Assembly (NCBI RefSeq): GCF_009914755.1
Contig: NC_060929.1
From: the human T2T-CHM13v2.0 reference genome, Homo sapiens
Reading direction: 5' to 3' (one strand)
DNA: 64,000 bases
The notes beneath the pieces are model-generated. The model saw nothing but the letters and a program-made list of their open reading frames with translations, was not told the origin of the DNA and searched no databases. Shown here in pieces: positions 38,236 to 50,212 of this stretch. Positions within the stretch are counted from its first letter, which is position 1; each line of letters opens with the position of its first letter. The translations under genes and the position numbers were made by a program.

Positions 38236-41200
38236 TTTGTCATTCAGATATTCTAGGATCTGGCCAAACGTACTTTTCTGGGATAGAGTCTTACCATTTA
38301 TCAATATGTGCTCCAGGGTTCAGTTGAAGTAGACCAGGAGTTGTTGCTCTTTGAAAGGGCTTTCCCATCCATGTCTGTAGACTGTCTTCTCCATTCAACT
38401 CTCATTGATTTTCATGGTCAGGAAAGACCTTCTTTCTGTTTTGAACTCCCACAATTTTGTGTACTTCTTTTATGAGCCTTACTCCATAGCTTTTATGTTT
38501 ATGACATAGCTTCCTGCTAGATAGCATCTTGAGGGCAAGGGTTTGTCTTATTTATCCATTTTACCTCTGATAGTGAATATCTAAGAATTAATATAATTTT
38601 ATTTGGTTCATACTCACCTCCATTGAATTTGTTACAGTTTGGAAGCGTCAACCTCACACAATCAAGACACCGGACTTTTTAGATCTTCTTCCTTTTCTCT
38701 AGCCTAAGTATAGTTGCAATATTCTTATTCTTGGTAGACAGGGAGTTAAAATGATCATCAGGCCTCTGTGACCTCAGTGGAGAAAAAGATAGACCAGTAG
38801 CAACTGGGCCTTTAGGGAGCAGTGACAGTAGGTTACTCTTTTTCTATGGCAGTGACTGGCCACATCACCACCTTGAATTGGAGCAGGGGGAGGAAAAAAG
38901 AACTGATGCAAAGTATAGATAAGCAAACTGGTAGAGAGCCCACTGAGCAAAGTCTTTGGACTCCCAGATCTATTTGGGAAGAATTGGAAGGAGACTTGAG
39001 TTTTCGTGAAACAGGTGAGGTTAAGCTGAAGAAATATTTTTATAAGGCTGCATTTGTGTTCCAGGTTTTACCCCTGGCATGGTGTGCATGGTAAATATAA
39101 ATCACCTACATTATATTTTATTTGTTTCCCAAAATGCACTATAAATGTCCTCCAGGAGAGAGATCCTAACCCTATAAGACTTTTGAGCTGCATGGTTAGG
39201 GAAGCACAGGTCCCTCCTGGAGTGGGATTAGGAGCTGGGGTGCTATAGCAATATGACATTGCAGAACCTGTCACCAGGTCTAAAATGCCAGCTCACCTTA
39301 ACAGCTGTGGTAGGTGGCACCAGCCTTTTTTCCAAGGGTAATTGGTTCTGGGGTTCAAACTGCAGTTGCAACTGTGAGAAGTGGCAAACTCTCAGCTAGA
39401 TTAACCTCATCAGCATTAACGAGAGCACCAGGACTTTTCCAACCTGATAGGGAGCTAGGGTCCAAATCTTGCCATTAATTGTTTTAATTGTTTTCAGCAC
39501 TTGGCCTAGCTATTTTCCATGGAGCTTTTCAGGAGGCCAATCTCATCTGAAAGGTCAGCCTACAGGAGTCAGATCTTAGACAAGTCATCCCCTATCTCTC
39601 TTGCTTTCTAAGCACATGAAGTTAAAAATGTTGAAAATGCTTTATTGCCTTTTTATCTAGGATTTAAATATTTCATTCTGCTTGTACAATGCTTAGCTCT
39701 GTAACAGTCACAACTGAGTTCTTAGTTTTCTTTTAACTTAAAAACTTGTATTTTTTCTTACTACAAATGTAATAGTGCTCAATAGAAAAACTGAAAAATT
39801 CGGATAAGATTAAAGAAGAAATTAAAACAGAAGTAGTATTCTTCAACAGCATTTTTCCCTCTTTCTCTCTCTCTCTCTAGAAAAAAAATACAAATATACA
39901 CACAAATGTATAAATGTGTATATATACATTTGTGTGTCTATTATAGACTGTAGGCTTCATATAAAATGATATCAGATGTTTGAATATTGATGGTTACACA
40001 TAGGAATTTCATTCACATGGATGTGAATAGATATGACAACCTTGGATAATATTAGGAGTTATTTATGGTTAGATTATTTAATTAGATTACTTATGGAATT
40101 AGGTGAGAAGCTTTTGCAACCCAAAATAAAGAAGGCCCACATAAATAGTAGAACAGTTTTGGTGACAATCAGTTAAATATTAAAAGAATTATAAAGCACT
40201 GAGATAATTCTATCAAATAATAATCTTACTAATTAAGAAATTGTGTCTAATGATACAGAAAGCCCATACTATCTGAAAAGCAATCATATGACAAGGGTTA
40301 CCATGAGATAATGACTTGCATCATGCCAAATAGGTTCAATAATGTAGTGGACATCTTTTTCTATGTTGGCTAAGGCTCTTAGGTATGTCAGCATAACTGA
40401 AAAGAACCTCAAACTGGAGTTTTGCTGTTCTGTTTGGGGAGAAAACACTTTGTTGGGCAGAACTCCTGAGAGTTAGCTTATTAAGCCTTATTAATAAGCA
40501 TATAATTAATTATTTATAATAATTGTTTACTGTTAATTAATAGTTAATAATTATTAAGCATATTATTAATTAATGCCTAAGGAGTTACGATTCTTTTCTT
40601 TAAGGAAAGGAGTTTGGGCACAATTTGTGTTGGATAAAAGCATGTTGTTTGAGAAAGCATAATTAAAATGAATTTCAATTTGTCTTTCTTATAATTGAAG
40701 GTTTTTAAGAAAAATGTAAGTCACAGGAAAAACACTGACTTCCAACTATGTAAAAAGAAAATCACATGAATGAATGAAAGGAGTAATTTGTTGGGGGAAG
40801 ATGAGGCAATTCTTTGACAATGCAGAGAAATCATCAAAATGCTGTTCTTGAATGGCAAAATTTCTTGGTGGCTGCCCAGCTTATATGGCATATCATTGAT
40901 ATTTAAGATTATTGTTATTGACAGTGCATGGGTTCTGGACAAAAGCACTGCCTTGAGAACTGAAATTTAAATTAAACCACTTCCTAACACTGAAGAAATG
41001 ATGGCTTTTAAGAGTGCCAAAATGACTCAAGATGAGCTGCCTACAAAGAACTTGAAAAAAGCAATTTCAAAGTTGCCTTCAAGATAAAATTTTGCAAAGG
41101 ATGAGTAAGATATTTTAGATAAAAAGTTCATTTTCTTGAGTAATTTGACATCTGGTATGTGAAGAGCTTATTTATATAGAATGCGATATGTAGAATTAAG

Positions 41201-41459
41201 GTAGTGTTCCATATAAGAACATTTTAATATGTCAGTGCTTTTAACTTTAGACATTTTTATTATGCATCACATACCTAACTAGTGATTTCAAGTACAAAAA
41301 CATTGGAAAATGATTTAATTCTTTTTGATTAAATCTTTTGGATTTGGAGCCACAGTGTGAATTAGCAGCTATTACTCTAGCATAGAAACAATGCTCTAGA
41401 AAACTACTGAAGTAGATATTTTTATTTTTTAATTCTTTCCTAGAAAAATGAGAACTTAC

Positions 41460-41540
41460 AGACCGTATCTTTCTTGTCTTTATTATCAATATGATTTATC
41501 ACTGTTGCTGTGGTATAATACTACCACTAAGGTACAGTTT
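41460..41540 (-). other. Candidate 81-nt exon
   Basis: Acceptor tgttgtttgattcctAG, donor CT|GTAAGT. Confidence 0.25.
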
Positions 41541-42329
41541 CTAGGAATCAAACAACATTTTTTTTCCTAAGAGATTCTGAGAGCAATATTGCCTCTCTAG
41601 GAGAGTAAAATGTATATATTTTTGGTATGTTTTGCTGTTTGAGGCCTTCCAACTTTATGTATGTGTTCTGGTTAACTAAAGAGTTACAAGCAAAAATAAG
41701 TTACACAAAAATAAGTGAGTCTTTTATTATTTACCTTTTCCAGGAAAAGCTTCTCTATAATTACTTTGAAAATCTTAAAAAGGTCCAGTGCCAACCAGCT
41801 GTTAAGATTTTTGGCCATTGTTAGATAAATCCACAGAAAAATGAGAATATTGTTTGAACCTAATTTAATATTTAAATCTATTTGCAGTTTATTGACATTG
41901 ACAAGTAGAAAGATTATTTGGAATTTTTCTGAATTGATGATATAAGCAAACACAACATAACTAAGTGCTCTTAAATTTTAACTTGTTTGTATTGTACTCT
42001 GTAAAATGCTGTACACTATTTTCATTGTGTAATGCTAGATTTCACTGGCACTCACTTTATCTGTGGTATCTGAATAACACTAGCTGTGACATATCATGGT
42101 CGAATTTATTATTTTTTCTTTTACATGTGGTGAAAATTTGATTACATGGGTTTGAATCCAAATTTTTTGTTTCTTATTCCTCATCAAACAAGTATTTGTA
42201 TTTTAATTTTTTGCTTAGCAAGAATCTAGCCTGATTAATTTACTCTGGGTTCTTGTGTAATATGTGAGGCCTAGATAATGAAGTTTGCTGACTTTGTCAC
42301 AGGTCTGCTTATTCTAGTGCATCTTTCCT

Positions 42330-43080
42330 GCTGACATTTGTCAAATCTCTGCCATTAGGTCGTTCTTTAAGTATCATTATCAGCTCATGTTGGTGACTCC
42401 ACATTACAAATATTGTGCCTATGAGTGTTAACAACTCATATTTCTGAATGGTGCAAGTTTTGTTAGTGAGCATGGTCCTGAGGAAATGGATGGGAGAAGA
42501 ACTATGTTTTGATCGGGATTTGAGATAGGACAGTTTGGACATAAGTGGCTGCCCCAAAGGCTGTTGAATGTGGCACATTTGCATGAGCACATAACCCATT
42601 TGTGTTTTTTTGTGACCCCCATCTTCTTTCTTCCCTGTCTCCTCTCAGAGGTAGCTGTTATCCTGAAATTTGTGTTTCTCATTTCCTTAAGGGTTACAGC
42701 TTACCATGTTTAGTTTTGCATGCTTTTGGATTTTGTGGAAATGGAGTCATAATTTGGTAACTTACTTTTATAACTGAACATTATGTTGGGTTCCTGAGAT
42801 TCATTCACGATAATGTGTATAACTGTGGTTTATTCATTTTTAATGCTATTATTGTATTAATTGAATATGCAACAATTTATCTATGAACATATTTAGATTT
42901 ATCTATAAGTATGCATACTTATAGATATAACCCTTGATATTTTAGGCTTTAAGATTTTTGGTAGTCTGATGGGTATCTCACGGTGGTTTAAATGTTCAGT
43001 TTTTCAATTATAGTTAAAATTGTGATTTGTTTCATGTTTATTGTCAAGTTGTGGTTTTCTTTGTGTCCTTCATAAACAAC
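42330..43080 (-). mobile_element. Old L1 (L1ME/MC-like) 3' fragments
   Basis: gaggtagctgttatcctgaaatttgtg...ctgagattcattcacg...ggtatctcacggtggtttaaat. Confidence 0.6.
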
Positions 43081-43549
43081 AACTTTTGCCTCATTTCAAA
43101 AGGAATAGTTTTATAACAGAAGTTTGCTTTGGAAAATTGCTCATTCTTTTATAATCTTATGCTTTTCACAAAGAAGTTTCTTAAAGAAGCTTGATGAATT
43201 TTTAACTCGAAAATACTGCCAGCATGGTAAGTTTTGTTAGAATTTTTTTTTTTTTTGGTGATCTTTAAGTTCAATTTAGGTTAATTCTCAAGTAAGTATG
43301 TTGATTAAAATGAAAAATTTTAAGTTGAAATTGCTTTTATGAGTTTCTTAAGATGTGTTTTGATGCATTTACTTTGTGAGATACGTTTGATGTAAGAAGT
43401 GGTTTTCACGGGATCAGTAACTGCAATTCTGGCACCCTTTTTCTTCTCTGTAGTGTGAATAGAAAAGTAGCTGCTGTTTCAATGTGATGTAAATATGTCA
43501 CTGGGGATTGTTTATTGTTTTTCTATTTCTTTAATATGTCATATTAAAG

Positions 43550-44610
43550 AGACATCATTATGTGGACAGCTGAGTGATGTCCTCAGTATTTCTATATGGT
43601 TGTCTCAATTTGTACTAAGACTTACCCCACCACTCCTTGTTGCTTGTGTCATTTTTGCTTGTTAGAATGAGTGGTCCTCTTATAAGAAACTCTAGCTGAG
43701 TATGCTTTAATTTGGCAGGTAAGAGCTCATTAGCTCTAGAACAAAAATTATTTGGTTTTAAGTCTCCCCAAATCACCAAATCAAAGCCATTTAGGCAGAT
43801 TATTCTTGGCCTTTGGTCATGCTTCCTTAGTTCTGAATTGCTAGAAATCCCTTGTGTATGCTCCATCTCTTGAAGAAGGGCAGTGAAAAAGAGAAATCTT
43901 TTTCTCCTAGATGATCTTTCTTGTATAAAAATGACTTTCAAATTTGCCTATGTTTGGCAGCCAATTTCTTTCTATATATTTAAAAAAAAACTCCGAAAAT
44001 ATCTACATCCTCCAATTTTCATCTTTATTTTGTTATAATCTGTCCCATCATCTTAGAGCAGTCTTCTAAATTTCTAGTAGAAATTACTATTTACTATTTC
44101 TAGTAGTAAAATCTTTTCAGCCTTTATTCTATAAAATACCAACACTTCAATATAAATTCCTTATATGGAATCAGGGCACATATGTTGTAAATAAACTCAG
44201 AATTGCTATTCTTATTTGAAATATAGAAGGCGATTACATGAAGGAATCACATCTTGTATATTGTTTAGATGATCTAAACCACAGCATCTCATATGTAGTT
44301 TCATAAAAGTTGTGGGTACATTAGATCGCGTTGATGTCCTGCTTTCAAACTGCAGACATGAGAAGTAGATGCTTAAATAAGAAAACATTTACTGTAATTA
44401 TAGAAATAGAGGATGAGAAAACCCCGGGTGGCTGCTGTGCTCCTCACCTGGCCCCTCCTGGGAAATACAGAAAAAGAAAAATGAGGGATCAGGAGAGAGC
44501 CTGGACACAGCCCTAGGCTAGGATTTACGAGAAGTAAACAGCTTCTGACCTGAACTTGAAATTCTAGCATCTGTCTCTCACAGAGAGGCAAACACGTTCG
44601 AGTTCTATAA
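43550..44610 (-). repeat. Left arm of ancient inverted duplication
   Basis: Reverse-complement homology to 47460-48400: clear at 44020-44610, weaker outward. Confidence 0.85.
43626..43868 (-). other. Candidate 243-nt exon with an open frame
   Basis: Acceptor tttctctttttcactgcccttcttcaAG, donor GG|GTAAGT, stop-free frame (part of track ORF 43615-43941); product not recognised. Confidence 0.3.
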
Positions 44611-45274
44611 CATTTCTTTACAGTTCTCTTTAATAGGCAGGCCTCTCTCATTTCAGTATCTTGACACAAGCTCAATTCTCAGTTACTCTTTATGTCTTAG
44701 TTCAAATATTACTTCCTCATTGAGATATTCCCTGATTACTGAAGAAAGGCTTGGGTATCCCTTTTCTAGCTCCCTGGGCATGTTTCATATACATCTAATG
44801 ATCAAAGGCACTCTTTCCATAGTCTTTTGCAGAACTCTACTTGAGTTTCTTCTCAAAACAAAGCAACAAACTCCCAAACCTGTTTTGTGATCAATAATTA
44901 GAAAAAACTCTACACTCTAGACTTCTATTACATATTTCTTATGCACATTTGAGTATTAAAGGCCCTGAGAAGTAATTAAGGAAAGAAATTTGTTTTTATT
45001 CAATGTTTCCAGAATTAATTGACCATGAAACATGTCTTTTGAGAAATATCTGCCTACAGATTCCTCTGAAACAAGGGTAGGAAATGTCTTATTGTGTTGT
45101 GATTTGTTTTCTTTGTACTGCCTCTCTGCTAGACCATAATTATTTCTATCATCAGTGCTGGGTCCAGTGACTGGCACATAGTAGGCCCTTAATGAAATTA
45201 TTTGCTAAATAGAAACATGGGAGAGAAGATGGTAATGATTCCTATGTTTGAAGCTAGGGTAGCTAGCATGGTAA

Positions 45275-45720
45275 TTTGTTGTTGCATAACAAACCACCCT
45301 AAAATTTAGTAGCATGAAACAACTTTTGTTTTAAATGCTCCTGTTGTTGTGAGTTTGGAATTCATAAAACGCACACTGGGGACAACTCCCCTCTGCTTCA
45401 TGACTTCTAAGGTTTTTCCTGTGAGGATGCAAATGACAGGGGTACCCAGAATGGGTGGAGGCTGGGAGGGTTGGGCTGGAAGAACTACTTCCAAGATGGT
45501 CTCATAACTCACAGGAGAGGCTGGACCACCTACCTATGGCCTCTCCAGCATGGCAAACTTAACATTGTTGGACATTTTGCCTCAGGGCTCCAAAAACACG
45601 TGTTCCCAAAGACCAAGGAAGAAACTGCAGAATTTTTTTTTAATTACTAAGTCTGAGAAATCTCAGGTATGTCAAAAAATCTGTAGCAAAGGTTCAAACT
45701 GCCACAGAACTTCTGAGGAT
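45275..45720 (-). mobile_element. MaLR LTR (MLT1F/G-like)
   Basis: ttgttgcataacaaaccaccctaaaatttagt...ttccaagatgg...ggcctctccagcatggc. Confidence 0.78.
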
Positions 45721-45769
45721 AGGGATGCCACTAATTGACATAAGGGATTCAGGAGAAAAGAGACTTTGC

Positions 45770-46330
45770 TGAGTAGCAGAGAGTGTGTAAGTGTGAGACA
45801 CACATGAGCAACCAAGTGGAGAGACCAGGGGCAGTTGGGAGAATGTATCTGGAGCTTGGGAGAGACATGGGAGTTGAAAATGAGGGCTGGGTTTATACCA
45901 TGTGGGTTGACACTGCAAGCATAAATGAAATTCTCTAGGGAGACTTTGCAGAGAAGGAGAGGAAAAAAGGCTCGGATACATGGGTAATGCCAACATTTAT
46001 GGGGAAACTGAAGGAAATGGAGCAGGGAAGGGAGCTTAGAAACTGCAGCCACAGATCGGGGAGCAGTAGGACAGAGCGGTTCTGAGCAACCCAGGCAAGA
46101 GTTTCAAGAGCGCGCTGGTCACCAGCGTCACATGCCTCAGAGAAGTCAAGAGACCTGAGAAGTGTCCATTGGATTGATCCGGCAATTATGGAATCTTTTA
46201 TTAATAGTAAGGATATTTTGGTGAGGAGGGATGGGTGGGGACCAGAGGCGGCAGAGGTGGGTGGAGATAGGGTGGGATGGGGGAGTTGTAGGAATGGGGT
46301 TTGTGGCTGGAAGATGCAGGGTGGGGCTGA
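45770..46330 (-). mobile_element. L2 fragment
   Basis: gtatctggagcttgggagag...agaagtcaagagacctgagaagtgtccattggatt. Confidence 0.65.
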
Positions 46331-47459
46331 GGGAGGAAGCAGATTGAGTGAAGATGGGCTCCACTTTCACAGTTGGGCTCCATTCTGGTGGTGAGAGTGC
46401 CGTTTCTCTCCCTGAAAAACCCTTTCCTTGTGATTTCGCTGGAGAGTCACATGGCACCTCATTCACAGTTGTTCAAAATGTGTAAAAGTCATTGAATGGA
46501 AAAAAGCTTTTAGGAGCACAAGGCAGCCAGGACTGATCACATAATGGCCCAAACATGTGACACATCTGTAGATAACACTGAAGCCACAGCCAGTAACAGC
46601 TCTGGAATCTGCCAGGGAGTAGCCGCTGTGAAGAGCAAATACATTTCCTCTGTTTGGCATCTGCTGGCTGCTGAGAAGGGCAGTTAGCAAAGTCAGTTTT
46701 CCTGAAGGGTTAAGAGTCATGAAGGCTCTGTTATTACAGAGATATGTTCACATATGGGGAGTGAATAAGAACTGTTGGCACAGGGAAATGTTATGTCACC
46801 TTACACATCCTACTAGTCCTCCAGACATTTCTCTTTCAGGAAAAGGCAAATGCAATCCTACAAAAGAAACAATTTTTTTTCAATATTTTCAATTTTGTGG
46901 GAATTTAATGTGACTGTTGGAAAAAATGTGTTACAGTTGATAAACTGTAATTAAACAAATGAATATACATAAAAGAATTAGAATAGTGCTTGTTCTAAGA
47001 ACAAAGACCACATGAATGTAAAGCATTATTATTAACATCATATTATTATTATGTTCTAGCTTTAAATACAGGATTACAGTTCAATTTGAAGGAATTTTTT
47101 CTTTTTTTGTTTTCTGCATTTCATGATAGATAAATTTCATATTTTGGGCTTTTTCAAGAAATATTTTAAAGATGGGAGTAAAATTAGTTTACCATGAAGT
47201 AAGAGCCATTACCCGAAAACAGAGTAACAACAATCCATGTGTACTCAAAATAAATACTAAATTTGACAACTAAGTGGGTGTATCTAACCTAAGTGGATGT
47301 CTTTTGTGGCTGGTGGGCTTTGATTTCAGTGACTTGTTTTTTGACTCTGAATATCCAGCTTGAGAAGGCATCCCTTTAGGAAGAGTGGTGTGCTCAAATG
47401 ATAAAATGTATGGGTGTAAAGTGATCTGACTTGAAGGCCTACTGAAAATTAGGAGCCCC

Positions 47460-48400
47460 ATTGTACAGCTCTGGTCTCTTTTGCTCTCTTGGAGAGAGAG
47501 AATGCTAGCAAGTTCAGGTCAGAAGCTGTTTACTTACTAGCAGATCCTAGCCTGGGGCTGTGTCCAGGCTCTGTCCTGATTTCTCATTTTTCTTTTTCCT
47601 GTGTTTCCCAAGAGGAGCCAGGTGAAGAGCATGACAGCCGCCTAGGGAGGTCTAAGGTGGGATCTAAGGGGATTATCTTAGTCCTTTATTCTTATTCTGA
47701 CAATAAAATCTTGTCTTACCAAAATCTTCTTCCCATGCCTTTACTTTGAAAGTAGGATTCCAATTTGATTCAGAGCTCACAAAAATTTGATATAAATCCA
47801 CATCAAGCTGTGGATTACAAGCTAGGGTAAAAGTAGAAGATGTGATTTTTGACTTCAAGAAGTTCACAATATATTTCAGATAAGAATGAAGACCACAGCC
47901 ATATATATAATATATTTGTAGATGAAATATATGTTCACTTGGAAACATAAAGTGTTTATTTTGAAATATAAGTTGTTTTATCTGAAAAATAGTAGGAGAT
48001 TTATATAAGCTTGGAAGGATGTTTTAGGAAGGTGGGATAGACTATGGTGGAATAAATGTAGATGTGGAGTAATTATATGTGGAGTAACTATATGTAGAAT
48101 AATTAATTAGAGACAAAGGCTTGTTTTAAAAAATTGTTCCATTAGAAATAGGCTTTCAAAGTATTTTGGACAGAAGTAATTTTGGGCAAACTAAAAAGGA
48201 GCATAGGTACAATTAGTCAATCTCATGAATGCAATCACTGTTTTTTCTTTTACTTTAAAAAAAAATTTTTTTAGCACTTTTCTAAGTTGAGGACCAAGTT
48301 GAAATGGTCACCTGTTGTGGTAAGAAGGGATGTTTTGGCCTGACAGATATATGGACTTGCAATTCTAGAGAACATAAGTAGGGTGGTCTCTGATCTTTAA
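47460..48400 (+). repeat. Right arm of ancient inverted duplication
   Basis: e.g. caagttcaggtcagaagctgtttactt (47509-47535) is the exact reverse complement of 44532-44558; further collinear blocks to ~48060 and beyond. Confidence 0.85.
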
Positions 48401-49394
48401 GTATAGAGGATTTAATTTAATCACAGGGACAAGCAATGTGTTTTGCACATGGCAGGTGTTCAGTAAGTGCTTGTTGTTCATAATGTAACTCACTTCTGAA
48501 TTTGTAAGGGTTTCATTGATCCTAAATTCCTAAAATGCCTTTTTGTTCTCTTGGTTTTTGTGCTTTCTGACATTGAACTGAGTCTTAGATCTTCTTCGGG
48601 CTGTGCATGCATGTTTGAAAACCTCCTAGGAGCTGTAATGCTATGCTTATATTGGGAAAATGTCATAGATATGGGTATTTCCTTCTGCTGCCTAGAAAAA
48701 TAAAGCCTGCAGTAAGATTTTCTGTCTTTACGTATGAATTCAGGTGATATGTCTCTGAATATTGGTCTTCAGTAATTTTCAAGACTAAGGTCTCTTACCT
48801 TCCATAATGATATGGAAGTCAGCTGTTTCTAAAACTCAGTTTTGTGAGACTTAGAACAGAACTAGTTTCTAAGGAATTCTTATGTCTCTGAAACCCATGT
48901 CCCTGTTGGTCTAGCAATTAGATTTGGGGGTCTTTAAGTAATGAGGCAAGACCTATTGGTGGTTAGTAAGCATTAGTAGTAAACTCAACTGTTGAAGTGA
49001 AATTTTGGCAAGATCAAATGGAGTACCAGATTATTTCTAAATTAATTTTTGATTATCCAGACCAATGGAAATGCACCAAGAGACCAAGGAATATTACAGG
49101 GGAAAAAGAAACTCACTCACTCATTCTATCAATCGATCATCTATATACATATATGTATATATTCCACACACATACTCTTAGAATTTGAGTGACTCCAGAA
49201 AGAAAATAATGTACCATATTGGGCTTCACATCTACAATATTTATATCCATATTAGCCATCATTAATAGTAGCAATATTTTACAGGGGGCAGGAAATTGGT
49301 GATCAATGAGATAATTTTTACCATCATGGTGGACCATGTACAAGATGGTGATACAAGATACTATACTCAGTTAATGGTCCAAAGAAAAGTAAGT

Positions 49395-49750
49395 TCAATG
49401 TAGTAGTCACTAGCCTTGTGTGGCTACTGAGCACTAAAATGTGGCTAGTGAAATTGAGGAACTAAATTTTAAATTTTATTTGATTATAATTATTTTAAAT
49501 AAAAAACCTGGCAGTTGGTTTAGTTATTGGAAAATTTTTATGCATGTTTGAAACAACTTGGTCATATCAATTTATTTTTTAACTGTAAGTTTTATGAAAT
49601 CCAAATATAGAGCAAATATTTCCTATGAAAATTTAGTATCTGAATTGAGGTGTGCTATATGTGTAAAACATGCCCTGGATTTTGGAAACAGTACAAAAAT
49701 ATAAATTATCTTATTAATAATCCTTTTACATTTGATATGATAATATTTAT
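49395..49750. mobile_element. MER33 (hAT-Charlie)
   Basis: cactagccttgtgtggctactgagcact...aatgtggctagtg...gaaaatttagtatctgaattgaggtgtgct. Confidence 0.85.
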
Positions 49751-49944
49751 CATCTCAATTTACATATCTTATTCACTAGGAAATGACGGAGCAACTGAAG
49801 ATTTTTGAAAAAGGATATTTTATGGGGGCTAATTTTGTTTTATTTGAATGGAGATTATTGAACAGCCAACCAGTTAGGATAATATGATATTCATGGTGTA
49901 ATGAGGGCCTGATTTCAACTGAGTGGTGTTACTGGAAACAGATC

Positions 49945-50165
49945 TAATGATAATAATGAGAATAATGATGGCTAATACTTATTAAATGATTATTTTGTGC
50001 CAAGAATTATGCTAAATATTTTGTATGAGTTATATAACCCTCATAATTCATCTTTGAGGTAGCTGCTATTGTCCCCATTTTACAGCTGAGGAAAGTGAAG
50101 AACATAAGTTAAACAACTTGACCAAGATCATACAACTGGTAAGAGGTGATGCTAGAATTTGGCTG
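49945..50165 (-). mobile_element. MIR
   Basis: ccccattttacagctgaggaaagtgaag...aacttgaccaagatcatacaactggtaag. Confidence 0.88.
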
Positions 50166-50212
50166 AACTAATGATATTGCCGGTAATGATTACTGATAAA
50201 TAAACATTGTTT

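Noticed and set aside
48060-48105. 15-bp tandem units (also 11-bp at 17159-17182 and 8-bp at 18397-18418)
   Set aside because: Ordinary slippage duplications with no spacers; not an array system
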